64,000 nt of DNA from Hydrolagus affinis (taxonomy: Eukaryota), in contig JAAILG010000911.1 of NCBI GenBank assembly GCA_012026655.1, forward strand, positions 1-64,000. Direction: 5' to 3'. The notes below the pieces were generated by a model, which had not been told where the DNA came from, ran no database searches, and worked only from the letters and a program-made list of their open reading frames with translations. The translations under genes and the position numbers were made by a program. Below, in pieces: positions 1 through 12,374 of this stretch; the first letter of the stretch is position 1, and each line of letters starts with the position of its first letter.

Positions 1-143
1 CTCCCTCCCTACCTGTCTCTCCTGCCTCCCTCCCTTCTGCCGGCAATATCATTGAAAATGCTTCCTTTTTTTTCACCAAGAAAAGGTCAAAAGTGGGGGG
101 TGCGCCTTATACACGAGTGCGCCTTATACGCGGGTATTTACAG
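1..143. mobile_element. End of a Tc1/mariner-superfamily (Tc2/pogo-like) DNA element, truncated by the window edge
   Basis: CpG-rich terminus with two copies of GTGCGCCTTATAC, ending ...GGGTATTTACAG followed by TA. Confidence 0.55.
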
Positions 144-659
144 TAGTTATTAACAATTTAAAAACTATAATATCTCATTCCAACTGCCAATTTTTGTTTT
201 CCATTTTTATTGACGTAACACTTCTGGATATTAAACTAAAACACTTTATGGTATTTTGATGTCATTAGATTAACTGTGGTTGCTTTTGGATGTTCAGAGG
301 TTTTTTTTACCTCAATGGTAACTTAACCTGGATATAAGGTATGAGGTAGGAACCATTGAGGTTTAAATTAATTTTAGTTAGATCACAAGTCAACCACCAT
401 CTGTACAAAAACTATCAAGACTGAAAATGTACAGCAACATTGTTTATTTATATGATCTGTTCATCCTTTGATCAAAAAACATTGGTACCCCACAAATGGA
501 ATCTGGAATGGATGAGAAGGGGAAAGTTCAAAGCAACAATGACCTTTATAATGTGGAGAAAAACAGGAATGGTTGTTTCAGTGTGGATGGAGGCCAGGCT
601 TGAGGGAAGAATCACCCATAAGATAATGGGCATTTCTTGCGTTCGGAATACGAGGATGA

Positions 660-980
660 AAGTGGCTAGTTCAGTTGGTTGCACTTTGGCTTCTGAGTTG
701 GAAGGTAGTGAGTTTAAGCCCTTCCACTATGAGATCTCCTCCCGATGTGAGAGGTACTCTATAACCGTATATTGCTTTGGAGTTATTAAACTGAGGTTCT
801 ATTCATGTTTCCAAATGGACATTAAATATTCCAGGGCATGTTTGAAAAGATGGGAGGTTTTCCCATGGCCAACAATCATCTGGATAAATTAGTTATTCAC
901 CTCACCAGTTGTTGTGTTTGCCCACAAAGATGGTCACTACAGTAAATGCTGGTGAAGCATTTTGAGGCATTCAACATCAA
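660..980 (+). mobile_element. Old Deu-domain SINE (SacSINE1/AmnSINE1-like), degraded
   Basis: tRNA-like head (TTCAGTTGGTTGCACTTTGGCTTCTGAGTTGGAAGG), Deu-like core (GGACATTAAATATTCCAGGGCA), tail GTGAAGCATTTTGAGGC; boundaries approximate. Confidence 0.5.
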
Positions 981-1190
981 AGTTTGTTTGCTTTTTCTAC
1001 CTAGCCAGATATGGGAGTGGGGTAGATGTATTAACTGAAACGAGACCCTTTTATCAGATTATTACTGTAATTAAGTATTCATATTGAAGCCTAGTTAAAA
1101 AAACAATGTGCACATTTTCAAAATGTAATTAAATCTATGCAGAGCTCATAGAATTCCTGATGTAAATGTTTTAATTTGTTTTTATGATAG

Positions 1191-1326
1191 GTGCCATTTG
1201 GCCCACTTGCATTTATGCCTGGACAGCTAGTGCATACAAATGAAGTCACTGTGTTACTGGGTGACAACTGGTTTGCAAAGTGTTCTGCAAAGCAAGCTGC
1301 AGACTTGGTAGAGCACAGGAAAAAGC
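1191..1326 (+). CDS. URI1: URI1 coding exon (prefoldin-alpha domain)
   Basis: tttatgatag|GTGCCA...AAAAAGC|gtaagt; VPFGPLAFMPGQLVHTNEVTVLLGDNWFAKCSAKQAADLVEHRKK; 136 nt, ends phase 1. Confidence 0.97.
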
Positions 1327-1516
1327 GTAAGTTATTCCTCTATACCTGCATTCCTTTTCAGCTTGAATGTGTATTAAAAATAATTATTTTTCTAAATGTG
1401 TTTTCAAATTGTCTTTTTTAAATAAGCTCTGCTAGTTTACCTTATTTCACATTGTCCGCACATTACTGGAGATCAAAAACTGCAGCAAAAAAAATTATGA
1501 GTGTGATCTCCGTTTC

Positions 1517-1942
1517 AACAACAAAATTACATTGTGTAGCGCCTTTCATGTCGGTAGGATGTCCCAAGGCGTTGGGCAGTCAATGTTTTAGACCCGAGCT
1601 GGGTCGGGATCAGGGAGCGTGGAGGAATGCGAGGGGAATGGGGCTGACTGATGGCTTGGTTGAAGAGGAGGGTCTTCAGGTGGGACTTGAAGAAGTTTAG
1701 GGAGGGGGTAAGGCGGAGAACTGCGGGAGAGAATTCCGAAGGTTGGGGACAGAGTGGTTGAATGCTCGCCCGCTGATGGTGGGTTGGGAGACATGGAGCA
1801 GGCCGGAGCCCGCTGAGTGGAGGGACTGGGACAGGTTGATAGGGGGTTAAGAGGTCGCAGAGGTAGGGTTGGGCAAGGCCATGGAGGATTTTAAAGGTGA
1901 CGACGTCTTGAATCCTCTGAATGATGGGGAAACCAATGGTGA
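1517..1942 (-). mobile_element. L2-clade LINE, 5'-truncated 3' end
   Basis: Shares the tail (CCTTGGGACATCCT..CGACATGAAAGGCGCTA + TTG repeats) and C-terminal ORF2 remnant with the copies at 5890, 15951, 25915 and 61795. Confidence 0.85.
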
Positions 1943-2742
1943 AATCGTGTGATTTCAGGCTTCACTTCAAGGGATTCTTTCCATTTATATCTGACATTCA
2001 CCAATTAAATTTTCTATGCTATCTATTGTTACAATACGTGGTATAAAATCAGTTACTTAATTACCTCAATGAATTGATTTAATCATTTTGGGCAAAAACT
2101 TGCTGAACCTCAGTTTGTAGACAATGATTGCTTAAATGTTTTGACCAGTGTTTATATTGTAAAATGTTGCAATAATAGCAATGGTTTTGATCAAGTATAA
2201 CTTTCACATTCATTATCTGGTGAAGCAAAGTGCTTGTAGTTTCACACTTTGCACAGAGAGTGGCTTTGTTCATTCTGTTGACAAATAATTGATTTCATTG
2301 ATGAGTTATTTTGGAACAATGCTTGAGACATGTTTCACTCATGGAAAACGGAGCTGAGCACATTAAAAGAAAACTGTTTTTCAAGGCAACTGTGAGTAAT
2401 CTGTACACAGGGAATAAATCCACATTGAGCTGCTTTATAGGTAAACAATGCAACTTAGTGAAAGCTTAATATTTGTATTGACATTATTTAATTCTGACAC
2501 AAACGCCTGTACTAAATTGATCATTTGCCTCATGGTTGTTTAGGAACTTGCTTGCGTAAATTGTTGATGAGTTTGCTTGCAAAAGCAGTCACTACACTAG
2601 CATAGGGCACTTGAAGTATCCTGACTACTTGACTGAGATCAACTAATTCATTGCAGATCAGAATTGTATCTGCAACATTAATGGTCTGTATGAACCAAAT
2701 TCTCACTGGATGAATTCATTGAGGTATTGGAAGAGCTTACTG

Positions 2743-2808
2743 TACATAGAATTACATAGACTATTACAGCACAGAAACAGGCCAATCGGCCCAACTAGCG
2801 CACACCGT
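2743..2808 (-). mobile_element. CR1-type LINE extreme 3' end
   Basis: TACATAGAATTACATAGA short tandem tail followed by ACAGAAACAGGCCAATCGGCCC, typical of a reverse-strand CR1 3' terminus. Confidence 0.6.
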
Positions 2809-4567
2809 ATTTTGTATCTTTGAAATGGGATTTGTTTAGTCCTCCGTCTTTGTGTAATGTTTGCTCACTTTCAGATTCACTTTAATATAGTTTATTATGC
2901 CAGTGATTTGGCTGGCTGCTTAACATTTATTAAAGTTATTGAAAAATGCGGTATCTTAACCTCTCACCTAAATTGTGCCTTAGATCCAGACATAATTATT
3001 CATATTATCTTTCTGAGTTAAGCAAAAACATTCCATAACCTTAACCTTTTTGCCGACCTCCAGCATTTAACAACCACAGACATGGTTTTATATTATTATT
3101 TGACCATGCTTGGTTGAAATCTGTCAAACAGTTCTTGAGTTATTAGGCTGTCTAAGTCTGACCTTTCCAGAATCAAAGATATATGGCTTCAGGGCTTAGC
3201 CTTGCTATGGCAACCATACCAATTTGCTGCTGTGTAAAAAGCCTAATTGTTGCAGAAATTTGATCTAGATCAAACTTCAAGGCTTTATAATTTTATGAAT
3301 TGTTTACACCATCATTTCCCTTTGTTTATGCAGTCATTTTAATGCATGCATTTTCAATTTCCTGCTTGTTAATGAAATCTTATTTTCCTTTAGTGCACTA
3401 GGAGTTTCTTCTCTGAGGCTGAAAAGTGGGAATTAGATTCTCCCCTGTTTAAATAACATAACCTTTATTATCCTGTTACATGGTTTGATTACCCTTCTTA
3501 TATTAGGTTTTCTTGCTAATTATACTATGGGTATTATGGATATTACAATGAGCAATGATGTATAGCAGGTAGACCATAATTTTGATGAATGAATTCAAGA
3601 AATGCAATATCATCCACCAAAATGTATTTTTACTTCTAAATCATCCTTCATTTTCTATTCAAAAATCATCCCTCATTCTCTATTCTCCATATATTAGGTG
3701 TAGTAATCCAAATATGCTGGCTAGGTTTTAAGGAAGCTTGAAAGGCACATTGCTTCATCTCATTACTGTATATGGCCACCTTCTCCTTCCCTGCATAATG
3801 TGTAGATATTTCTTATCAGTATTATTTTTGTTACTGTTTTGATGCATTGCATTCACATAACTCCAATAAATAAACCAAGTTTCACTGTACCTATATTTGA
3901 TCTTGGATCATTTTGAACATTTTGACTTCTTATAGGAGAATTAGTAAGTTCTGTTTCAGTTGTGCTGTTTTGTAGCAGTGATGCAAATATTCCAGTCTTA
4001 AATTCCTCGTCTAAAAGCAAGGGTATAGTTCCACAAATAATTTTTCAGATGTAACCCTGGGCAGGCCCTTTTGGCAAGGTGTTTAAACACAGAGAACATC
4101 ATATCTACACGATGATTAGCATTGACTGCTTTTCATGGATGAAACAGATTACCTCAAACCCCCTATAACATTGCCAAATAACCCTGTGCTAAATAAGAGC
4201 ATCAACTATCTGAAAATGTGTGGGTGCAAAGTTGTACATTAAATAATACCCTTCTTTTCCCAAACCATCCCTCCATCTGAAATTACAGCTTGCAATGTTG
4301 TGTCCTTTTAAAAGGCAGTGATGTCATATTAGATTAATAAAGTGTGTAATAAAAAATCCCTTTGAGAATGTAGACTTTGTACAATGTGGGTCTACAACTT
4401 AGGTGTCATTCGTTTTGCTTGGGTAGCATTTATCATAAATCATTGTTGGTCATCACTTCAGGATTACCTTATTTTAAATTTGTCATATATTTAAACTATT
4501 CATTTTCTCTTAGTTAATGTAATATATATATTTCTTTATATTGCTAAATCAATGTTGTTCCTTTCAG

Positions 4568-4659
4568 ATGTACAAAAAGCACTAGATGATTTGCATAAAG
4601 TAGGGAAGAACTTTGAATCTAGGGTCAAGTTCATTGAAGATCTGCAAAATGTGGCTGAT
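4568..4659 (+). CDS. URI1: URI1 coding exon (end of prefoldin coiled coil)
   Basis: ttcctttcag|ATGTAC...GCTGAT|gtatgt; (H)VQKALDDLHKVGKNFESRVKFIEDLQNVAD; 92 nt; not in the ORF track. Confidence 0.93.
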
Positions 4660-5199
4660 GTATGTGGTAATTTTCATGTGCAGTTATTACAATTTTATTA
4701 GGCTCAGCTAACATAGATTTACTGTTAAAGCTGAATGACCTTTTGTGATTCTTGCTCCCTTACGTTCCATTTGGTGTGATGGAAAAGATTCACAAATGGA
4801 ACAGATTAATTTAAAACTAGTAGTTGGCTCTTTTAGGAATGCTATGGTTTGTTGTCCTTTTAATTTTTTAAGGATCTTATGTTGAAGCATTAATATACCT
4901 AATCAAAACAAGTGTATACATTGAAAGCTATAAATGAATTTATTTGAAGGCTAATGGGACATTTTTTCTTATGTAGTTTTACTATTTGTTCATAACTATA
5001 TTAACATCTCATGATCTGATGTTTAGGAAGTTTTAAAACTGCTTGTTTTCTACATATATTTCTGTCGATTCTTCAGATTTTATAATTTTTTTCCATTTAA
5101 TCAGCGAGCCTGCAACCTTACCTCATAATTTCTGAAGACAATAAGTCATGAGCTCCCCTGTAAAGGTGACTCCACCATTCTGGAGGTGGTTGATGATGA

Positions 5200-5310
5200 T
5201 GATAATAATAATCTCTGCATTTGATATAGCGCCTTATCATGTCGCTGAGACATCTCAAGGCACTTCACAGGATATAATGTAAAGTGGATTGACAGGATAT
5301 TTTGTGTGAC
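5200..5310 (-). mobile_element. Young tRNA-SINE 3' fragment
   Basis: (TAA)n + TGCATTTGATATAGCGCCTTATCA matches the tail of the full copy at 57798-58106. Confidence 0.75.
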
Positions 5311-5394
5311 ATTTTGTGGATGGTTATCAAGCTGCTACCAAAGAAAATGATTTATTTAAAACTATTATTAAATACTATTTATTTTCAAATATAG

Positions 5395-5470
5395 AAAAGT
5401 AAAGAAATTGTAGAAATACATGAGGAAATTCAGAATGAAGATCTTAAACCTGAAGACCTCAGTTCACAAG
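5395..5470 (+). CDS. URI1: URI1 coding exon
   Basis: ttttcaaatatag|AAAAGT...TCACAAG|gtattg; KSKEIVEIHEEIQNEDLKPEDLSSQ(G), resembling the IVDIREEI segment of URI1; 76 nt, phases fit both neighbours. Confidence 0.85.
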
Positions 5471-5889
5471 GTATTGAAAATCTGTTTTCTGTTCTGTTTA
5501 TTTTAAACTGCATAAACGCAAGCAAGATTGAAAGAGATGTGTGGCTCTCATTTAAATGTTTTTAAATTTAATTTAAAAATAACAACAATTATTACCAATT
5601 TGAATTCTGAACCACACCTAGGGCATAAAGTACTTTGAGAGGGACAAAAGATAATGCATGTCCTGTTTCATATTTGTGTTTAGGTTGTGTTTTGCTTATT
5701 AATTGCCTTAATCTTGTGGTTGCGTGAATTGGAATTGGTGATTACTTCTTGTTGAATAGTATAACCATCTTAACATTAAAATGTTTGGGGACCTTTTATT
5801 ACAGCATTTTTTTTAACTGGACTCCTAAATTGTTTGGGAAAACATTTTTCAAAAATGCTGTAATAAAAGAGTTTGGATTTTGAAGCAAT

Positions 5890-6290
5890 AAACAACAACA
5901 GCAAAATTACACTTGTATAGCACTTTTCATATCGGGAGGATGTTCCAAGGCGCTGTACCGTCAATGTTTCAGACCCAAGCTGCGGACGGGATCGGGGAGG
6001 GTGTAGAGAAAGGAGGGGATTTTGGGTGACCGATGGGACTGTCAAAGAGGAGGGTCTTGAGGCGGGACAGGAGGCTAGGGAGGGGGGAAATTGGAGGGAC
6101 TGTGGGATGGAATTCCAGAGGTTAGGAGCAGAGTGGCTGAAGGATCGTCCGCCAAGGGTGGGACGGGTGGGTTGGGGGACATGGAGGAGGCTAGAGCCCA
6201 CTGAGCGGAGGGAGCAGGCAGGTTGGTTGGGGATAGGAGGTGGCAACAGTAGGGTGTGGTGAGGCCGTGGAGGGCTTTATAATAAAGATC
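5890..6290 (-). mobile_element. L2-clade LINE, 5'-truncated 3' end
   Basis: Translation LRSVGSSLLHVPQPTRPTLGGRSFSHSAPNLWNSIP is the L2 ORF2 C-terminus; (TTG)n tail. Confidence 0.9.
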
Positions 6291-6751
6291 ATTCAGTGAA
6301 TAATTTGGCATTGTTCCGGTTCAAAATGTGTATCTTTCAGTGTTGCATAAAATTATTAATTCTTTTATTATTTCAGTTAGAAATAAGTGCAATTACAAAT
6401 AATAATTATACTTTCCCCAAAGCCAAACACTTCAACCCAGCAATCTGTAACCGATTTAGAACAATTGGTCAAACAAAATTACTTCTTTCTTTTTGTTTGT
6501 TTATTTCCCCCCACCTTCCTCCCCACCCCACCCCCCACATAATTAAGTTTTTAAAAGCTCATTATCAAAGAGTTAACATTTTAGGTTTGAAAATTGCTGA
6601 AGCATTTATGATGTCTAAAATGAACATTGTTCATTGTTACAGTGAGAAAACATTATTTTCCAAATTGTAAAAGAAAAAGATTAAGTATTTGACATTTGGA
6701 AAAAATTGAATTATAATTCACCCGTTGTGTTTTTAAAATCTGATCTTGCAG

Positions 6752-6932
6752 GAAAATGCAGAAAAGCTCATAAGATAACAGAAAACCTTAAGCCGAAAGA
6801 TATTTTTGTAGCAGAACTGGAAGATAGCAGAGATGATTCCAAGACAAAACCAAGTGTGCTTACTGAAGAGGAATTATGGGCCAGGTTAGATGAACTAGAA
6901 ACACAGGAGAAGATACAGGATGAAATCGACAG
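6752..6932 (+). CDS. URI1: URI1 coding exon (RPB5-binding region)
   Basis: gatcttgcag|GAAAAT...GACAG|gtaaat; KCRKAHK...EEELWARLDELETQE; 181 nt. Confidence 0.94.
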
Positions 6933-7668
6933 GTAAATGTCAATGTTTAAAATGATGGTTATGAAACATACTATCATAAAGACAATAAGGTCTTTTAATT
7001 AACTTTTTTTACACAATTGATCTAAACTTCAATGATAGATATACCATTCAAGGCTGTCTCGAAAATGACTGCTGCATGTTTCCCTGTCTGAATTAGTCTC
7101 ATTGAGCAAGCACTGTCAGCCCATACCTTCGTGTACTAAATGTTTGAAATGAAGAGGAGGTAACTTCAGTATTAAAAAAAAATTACGTTCCTTTCATTTT
7201 ATTAAATGTTACATCTACATATGCCAGCTTCTGAGCATTACCCTCCCTCACCTCCTCAAATTCCTTGTCATTGTAGGTCAATCTCCCAGGGCTTTTAGAA
7301 TATATTTATGTTCTCCTGGGACACTGGTGAAAATGCCTGTACAAAGGAGGTATTGTGGAAGTGTTTTAAGTTGTGAAAGCTTTTTGTACTTATGAAAGTA
7401 AGGAATGTCCATCCAAGGGAATGAACACTTTTCTACCTTCTGCAGACAGTGACAGTGTAAGGCATTCAGTGTAACTCTTTCACAGTAATTACAGAAACTC
7501 CTATTATTTCACACGAGGTTGGATTTGAATTGAGACCCCAAGGTGGAATTCACTGCACATCCATATTCCCTATTCGAGTTTCTCTTTTAATCTGGTTGAT
7601 CTTGTTATATAATAGTTGTGAAGGACTTGAAATGATTCATATTGGTACTGTAGATTTGGGTCCATATA

Positions 7669-8397
7669 CAGTAGAAGCCTGTTTATCCGTGACTTGATGA
7701 ACCGACACTTTATAACCGGCACGCCAAAAAAAACTCCCCATTCGATAAACCGGAATTTGGCCGGAACAATAGCAGTGGAGCATTTGTAGATGCATAAATA
7801 ATAACAGATAGTAACAGAATATTGTATTGGTACTTATTGTTAAAACTACTCTCTTGCGTTTCTCACCTTTACTAGTAGATGCTGCGCTTGAAGCCATGAT
7901 GCTGCGGTTGAGGTTTATAGTCCAGCGATTCTTTTTAAAATGGAGGACGCCAAGCGGGTGAAAAAAACGGAGTGCAGTTTTAAATCCTTACTAGCGGCAA
8001 GCCGATAACGCTCGCTGATAACCCACACTGTCATGCTGGTTCAGTATTTCGGTTTGCCGCTAGTAGAGTATAGGGTTATCGGTTTGCCGCTAGTAAGGCT
8101 TTAAAGTCACGCTCTGTTTTTTTCACCTTCTTGGCGTGCTCCATTTTAAAAAGAATCGCTTGACTGTAAACCTCAATCAATAAAGGTGAGAAGCGCAAGA
8201 GAATAGTTTTAACAATAAGTACCAATACAATATTCTGTTATTATCTGTTATTATTTAGTCTGGTGTGTATGGTGTGTGTTAAAAGAACTTAAATTTTTTT
8301 GTGGTGGGTTTTTGGCCGCGGGCTGCACGAATATGCGGCAGGCGCTTTAACCGCATTGGCCAGGTTCCGCGGGTGCCGTATAAACGGGCTTTTACTG
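7669..8397. mobile_element. pogo/Tigger-type non-autonomous DNA transposon (MITE) with internal foldback
   Basis: TA|CAGTAGAAGCCTGTTTAT...ATAAACGGGCTTTTACTG|TA: terminal inverted repeats with TA target duplication; internal inverted arms at 7795-8009 and 8075-8257. Confidence 0.88.
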
Positions 8398-10452
8398 TAG
8401 TTTCATTAACTGATTTTAGCAGCAGTGCTTTTAAAAGCCACTGTTTGGAATAAAGTTGGGAAAATTCTATGCTTAGGTAATATAATGTGAATGGGTTTAA
8501 GTTTTGAGTTCTGCTAAAACAGGCATATTCCAAAGTGGCTGAAGAACGTCTAACCTTAAGGAATAAACCTCCATAGAGATTTTTGGCTTGATCAAAGGAA
8601 CCGTGTTGTGCTGTAATGGAGGTTGCGACATAAAATACTTACTGTCCCCACTTTCTGCTAGATTATCTAGTTTCTAAAATTCCTGCGCTGATATCTGGTT
8701 AAGTAATATCTGAGAGCAGTGTGGAATGTTCCTGTGTCCTGAGCTTTTTTTTTTAGTAATCAGTATTCTTCTTTATCCTTACTATTTCAGGTTCCGTCTT
8801 TATTTTGTTTAGTAATGTGAAACCTGTGAGCATATGTTTGTCAAAACTCTCTAAGGACCCACAGTAAATATAATTTCTGCTCCCTTCAGCAATTGAGACT
8901 CTCATACCATGCACTAAATGCTCTGAGGCTTTTGCCACAAAGGTGCATTAGAATTGAATGAGGTTTGATCTCCCCGTAGTAAACTCCTGAGTCGGTGGCT
9001 CATTGGTGGCTCAGTGAGTGGGGAATTGTGGATGTTAATTCATGGATCAGTAACTGAAGAAATCAACACCTATGTGTACGCTCAATGTTTTCAAAGTTGT
9101 ATTTTGTATAGCATAAACTTCCAGAGAAATTGCAGTACTATTAAAGCCATCACACTACACAGCTATTCTTCAGCAGATGAATACCAGATTTGTTGTGCTG
9201 TCACAGCCATCAGCCACACTTCACTACCCCAAGGGCCATCAGTAAAGAAACTCCCTTTTAAAAAATTAGGCATGGACTGTACTAAGTAAAATACTAAGGG
9301 ATGAATTAAAAGTTTTAATCATATCAGTGGGTTCATATTTCAGATCACAAATCACTTGAGCTTTTGCTGTTGTGATTTATGAAGTCATCTGAATGCCTTG
9401 ATTGAATTACAGCCTTTGAACTGACATTTATCTGTTGGTCTATGTTTACTGTTGCTCTACGTTTACAAGACTTTATAATCAAACTAGAACCAACCTGTCA
9501 AATCTTTATTACTTTCTGACATTTTCCATCCCATTCCTCCAAAATAATTTTGAGCTGGCAATGTCAAATTGTCAATTAAGGTTTTTCAAAGCTTGAATGG
9601 GATTGTTTTTCAGTTCAGAGTTTATTTTCAAATCCATATGTAAATTTTAAGCCAATGCAAACTCCAGTTTCCCTTGTATAGCTGATCAGTCAGTAACTGA
9701 TTAAAAAATGTACAATTTGAGTACGTATTCATATGCAAGTTTACATCTGTTTTTCTGTTCAGGTACTCTACTGCTTGTAAAGTCAAATGCAGACATTTAC
9801 AACTACATTCAATTACCTGTTACCAAAATTTCCACAAGATTGAAAGATCAGTTGCTGCAAGAAAAAATACTTATATATAATATATATATTTTAAATGCAC
9901 TATAAATCAACTTGACTATTTTGAAAAATGTGAAGTGCCAATTCCTGCTTGGTTTGAGCTTTGAATTGAATGTGACAATAAAATTGCTCCACAGCATGGA
10001 ATTTCAGGATAAATCTAAATAACCACAATGGATGGAGATAAAATAATTGCACACAAGCTCCTGTTAGATATTAACTGAAACCTGTATTAGTTTGATACAG
10101 AAAAGAATGCGCATACAGTGTCTTAATATTGCAGTAATAAAAGGCTAGTGAACAGGTTGAATACCACGTTATGTTTACAATACACATTACTGTTTGCTAA
10201 TGCTGACATTGCTATAAAAAATATACAATTTGTCTGTGATTCTATTCTATCTAAGTCAAAAAGAAGTCGGAAACTTTGGGTTTTGAAAGATGAGATACAA
10301 TTATGGCGTGTTTTTTTCTCCCAATCTCTATTTGAAATGGGCACATTTGCTTGGTAGTTTGTAAAATGGAAAACAATTGTTTTCCTTTAGTTAATAACAG
10401 GCCTTTTGCTGATTAGTCTAGTCTACTAAGATTGAAGCCCAGAAACTTTGTA

Positions 10453-10859
10453 CAGTAAAAAACGTTTATCCGGCACCCTCCAAGGGAGGGTCGACTAATT
10501 GACTGTGCCGGATAATCGGGCGGCAGGTTGCTGAAAACCCAACACAAAAAATGTACTTATTTTAAAACATACCATATTAATAATATACTAAATAGTAATA
10601 GAATATTGTATGGATACTTACCAATAAAGATTCCAACACAGTCTGTAAAATGATCGGTAAAAAAGCATTTCTTACCGATCGGTGAAAACCCAGAGTTTGT
10701 AAATTTTAATAAATTTAATGTGTGCAATGCGCACACACATTGCACGCATGCGCAAAGTGAGCATACTCGCGATTGCTGGAATGGGGAATTGCCCCGGGGG
10801 TGAGGGAGGGGGGTTGAGCAATCCAGTTGATCGGGTCACGGATAAACGGACTTTTACTG
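10453..10859. mobile_element. pogo/Tigger-type MITE, same terminal family as 7669-8397
   Basis: TA|CAGTAAAAAACGTTTATCCG...CGGATAAACGGACTTTTACTG|TA. Confidence 0.85.
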
Positions 10860-11115
10860 TATTACAATTATATTTGTTTCAATGGCACATTGAGTAAAAC
10901 GGCTGCAGACTTGCTTATTGCGTTGAAGTCTGATTATGATGTTATTTTGGGCTAGTTATATATTTGACTCTCTGACATGGTTTAAAGGTACTGTACTTAG
11001 AAGCCAAGGTTAACTGAATAGTTTTGGTAGCTACATTCATAGAAACGATTGGCTTGAGGAAACCTCAACAAGACCACCAAGATAACAGCATTGTAATCTT
11101 TGATTTTTGAATCAG

Positions 11116-11407
11116 AACGTCTGACACAGTTGATGGAAATAGTGGAGAAAATAGCTCTTCTGAGGATGAACAGGTGACAGTTGTAAAGCCCAAGAAGGAT
11201 TGCGTACTTAATGTGAACAATCTTCTGATTAAACATGAAAATATTGATCAAGAAGAAACTGCAACATTAAGTTTGCTTCCCACCCAGCAGAATGGCTTAG
11301 AACACAGACTCAGTCAAGAGGCAAATGTCAGTGAAGCCACTGGGGATGATAATGATGATGATGATGTGCCAACAATACTCTTCACACATACAATGGAACC
11401 CAAAAGG
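11116..11407 (+). CDS. URI1: URI1 coding exon (acidic region)
   Basis: tttttgaatcag|AACGTC...AAAAGG|gtaagt; TSDTVDGNSGENSSSEDEQ...GDDNDDDDVPTILFTHTMEPKR; 292 nt. Confidence 0.9.
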
Positions 11408-12374
11408 GTAAGTATTTATAATTCGTCATTTTTATTTTCTCCCCAAATTTTCTCCCAAGTATTACACATTGATTATACAGTTTGGAATCTAGAATAATAT
11501 TATTACTTAATAGTAAAAGAATGTTGCAGGGAAAGCTTGGTTTGCACACTTAATTTTAGTGGATGGAGCTGAGTAGAATTCTGTACATATATGACACGGC
11601 CATATTGGGTGCTGTTACTTTAATGTTATTTAATAAAAATATAGAAATGGTCCCTTGAGCACAATATTGGAGGAGCTATACTGCTTTATTTATTCAATTA
11701 TTAAGAAATAACCACCCAGTGATCTTTTGGTTGTAATTTAACAGAGATTATTTTTTTTTAGCCAAAAGAGTCTTCTAGTTCATTGTAATACTGTAAATTA
11801 CAATAAAAGCTTTATTTCCATTTCTAAAATTCTGAAAATTCTGATTATACAGCTGGAATTAAATGAAAGCTGATGCCAATTCACCTTTTGATAATGTATG
11901 ATGTTAATTCAGATTGAATCTGAATTAGTTCATATATTTACTGTTATTATTAACCATAATAATCTTCTTTGGTATTTTTCACTAGTTTATTTTAGCTGTG
12001 TAACCTTACTCCAGGAAACTTACTCCATAGGCAGGAAAGAAAGAGCAAAAAAACTATTTTGTGCTAATGTTGTTTGTAATATTCCAAGACTAGCTTCTAA
12101 ATTCCATTGATTTAAGTAGTTGAATGCTGTGAAGACTTTGCTTTAAAATAATTGTAATTCAGAGTACATTTCTACATTTTCCTTTCTTAATAACCAACAT
12201 AGAAACAGCGATATTCAGAAATATTCCATGTACTTGTCTGAGCAAAGACAAGGTTAACATTTTACTCAGAGGTTCTGTTGTAATAGCTTCTCACTTAGGC
12301 TGCAGCATGTTTTGTTGATGCTGAACGCTAGATTATTTGTTGCTCAATCTGTCTTTGGAAATTGATATTTTCAG

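Noticed and set aside
440-892. 150-aa ORF
   Set aside because: TTG start, overlaps a degraded SINE inside a URI1 intron, no recognisable domain and no splice support.
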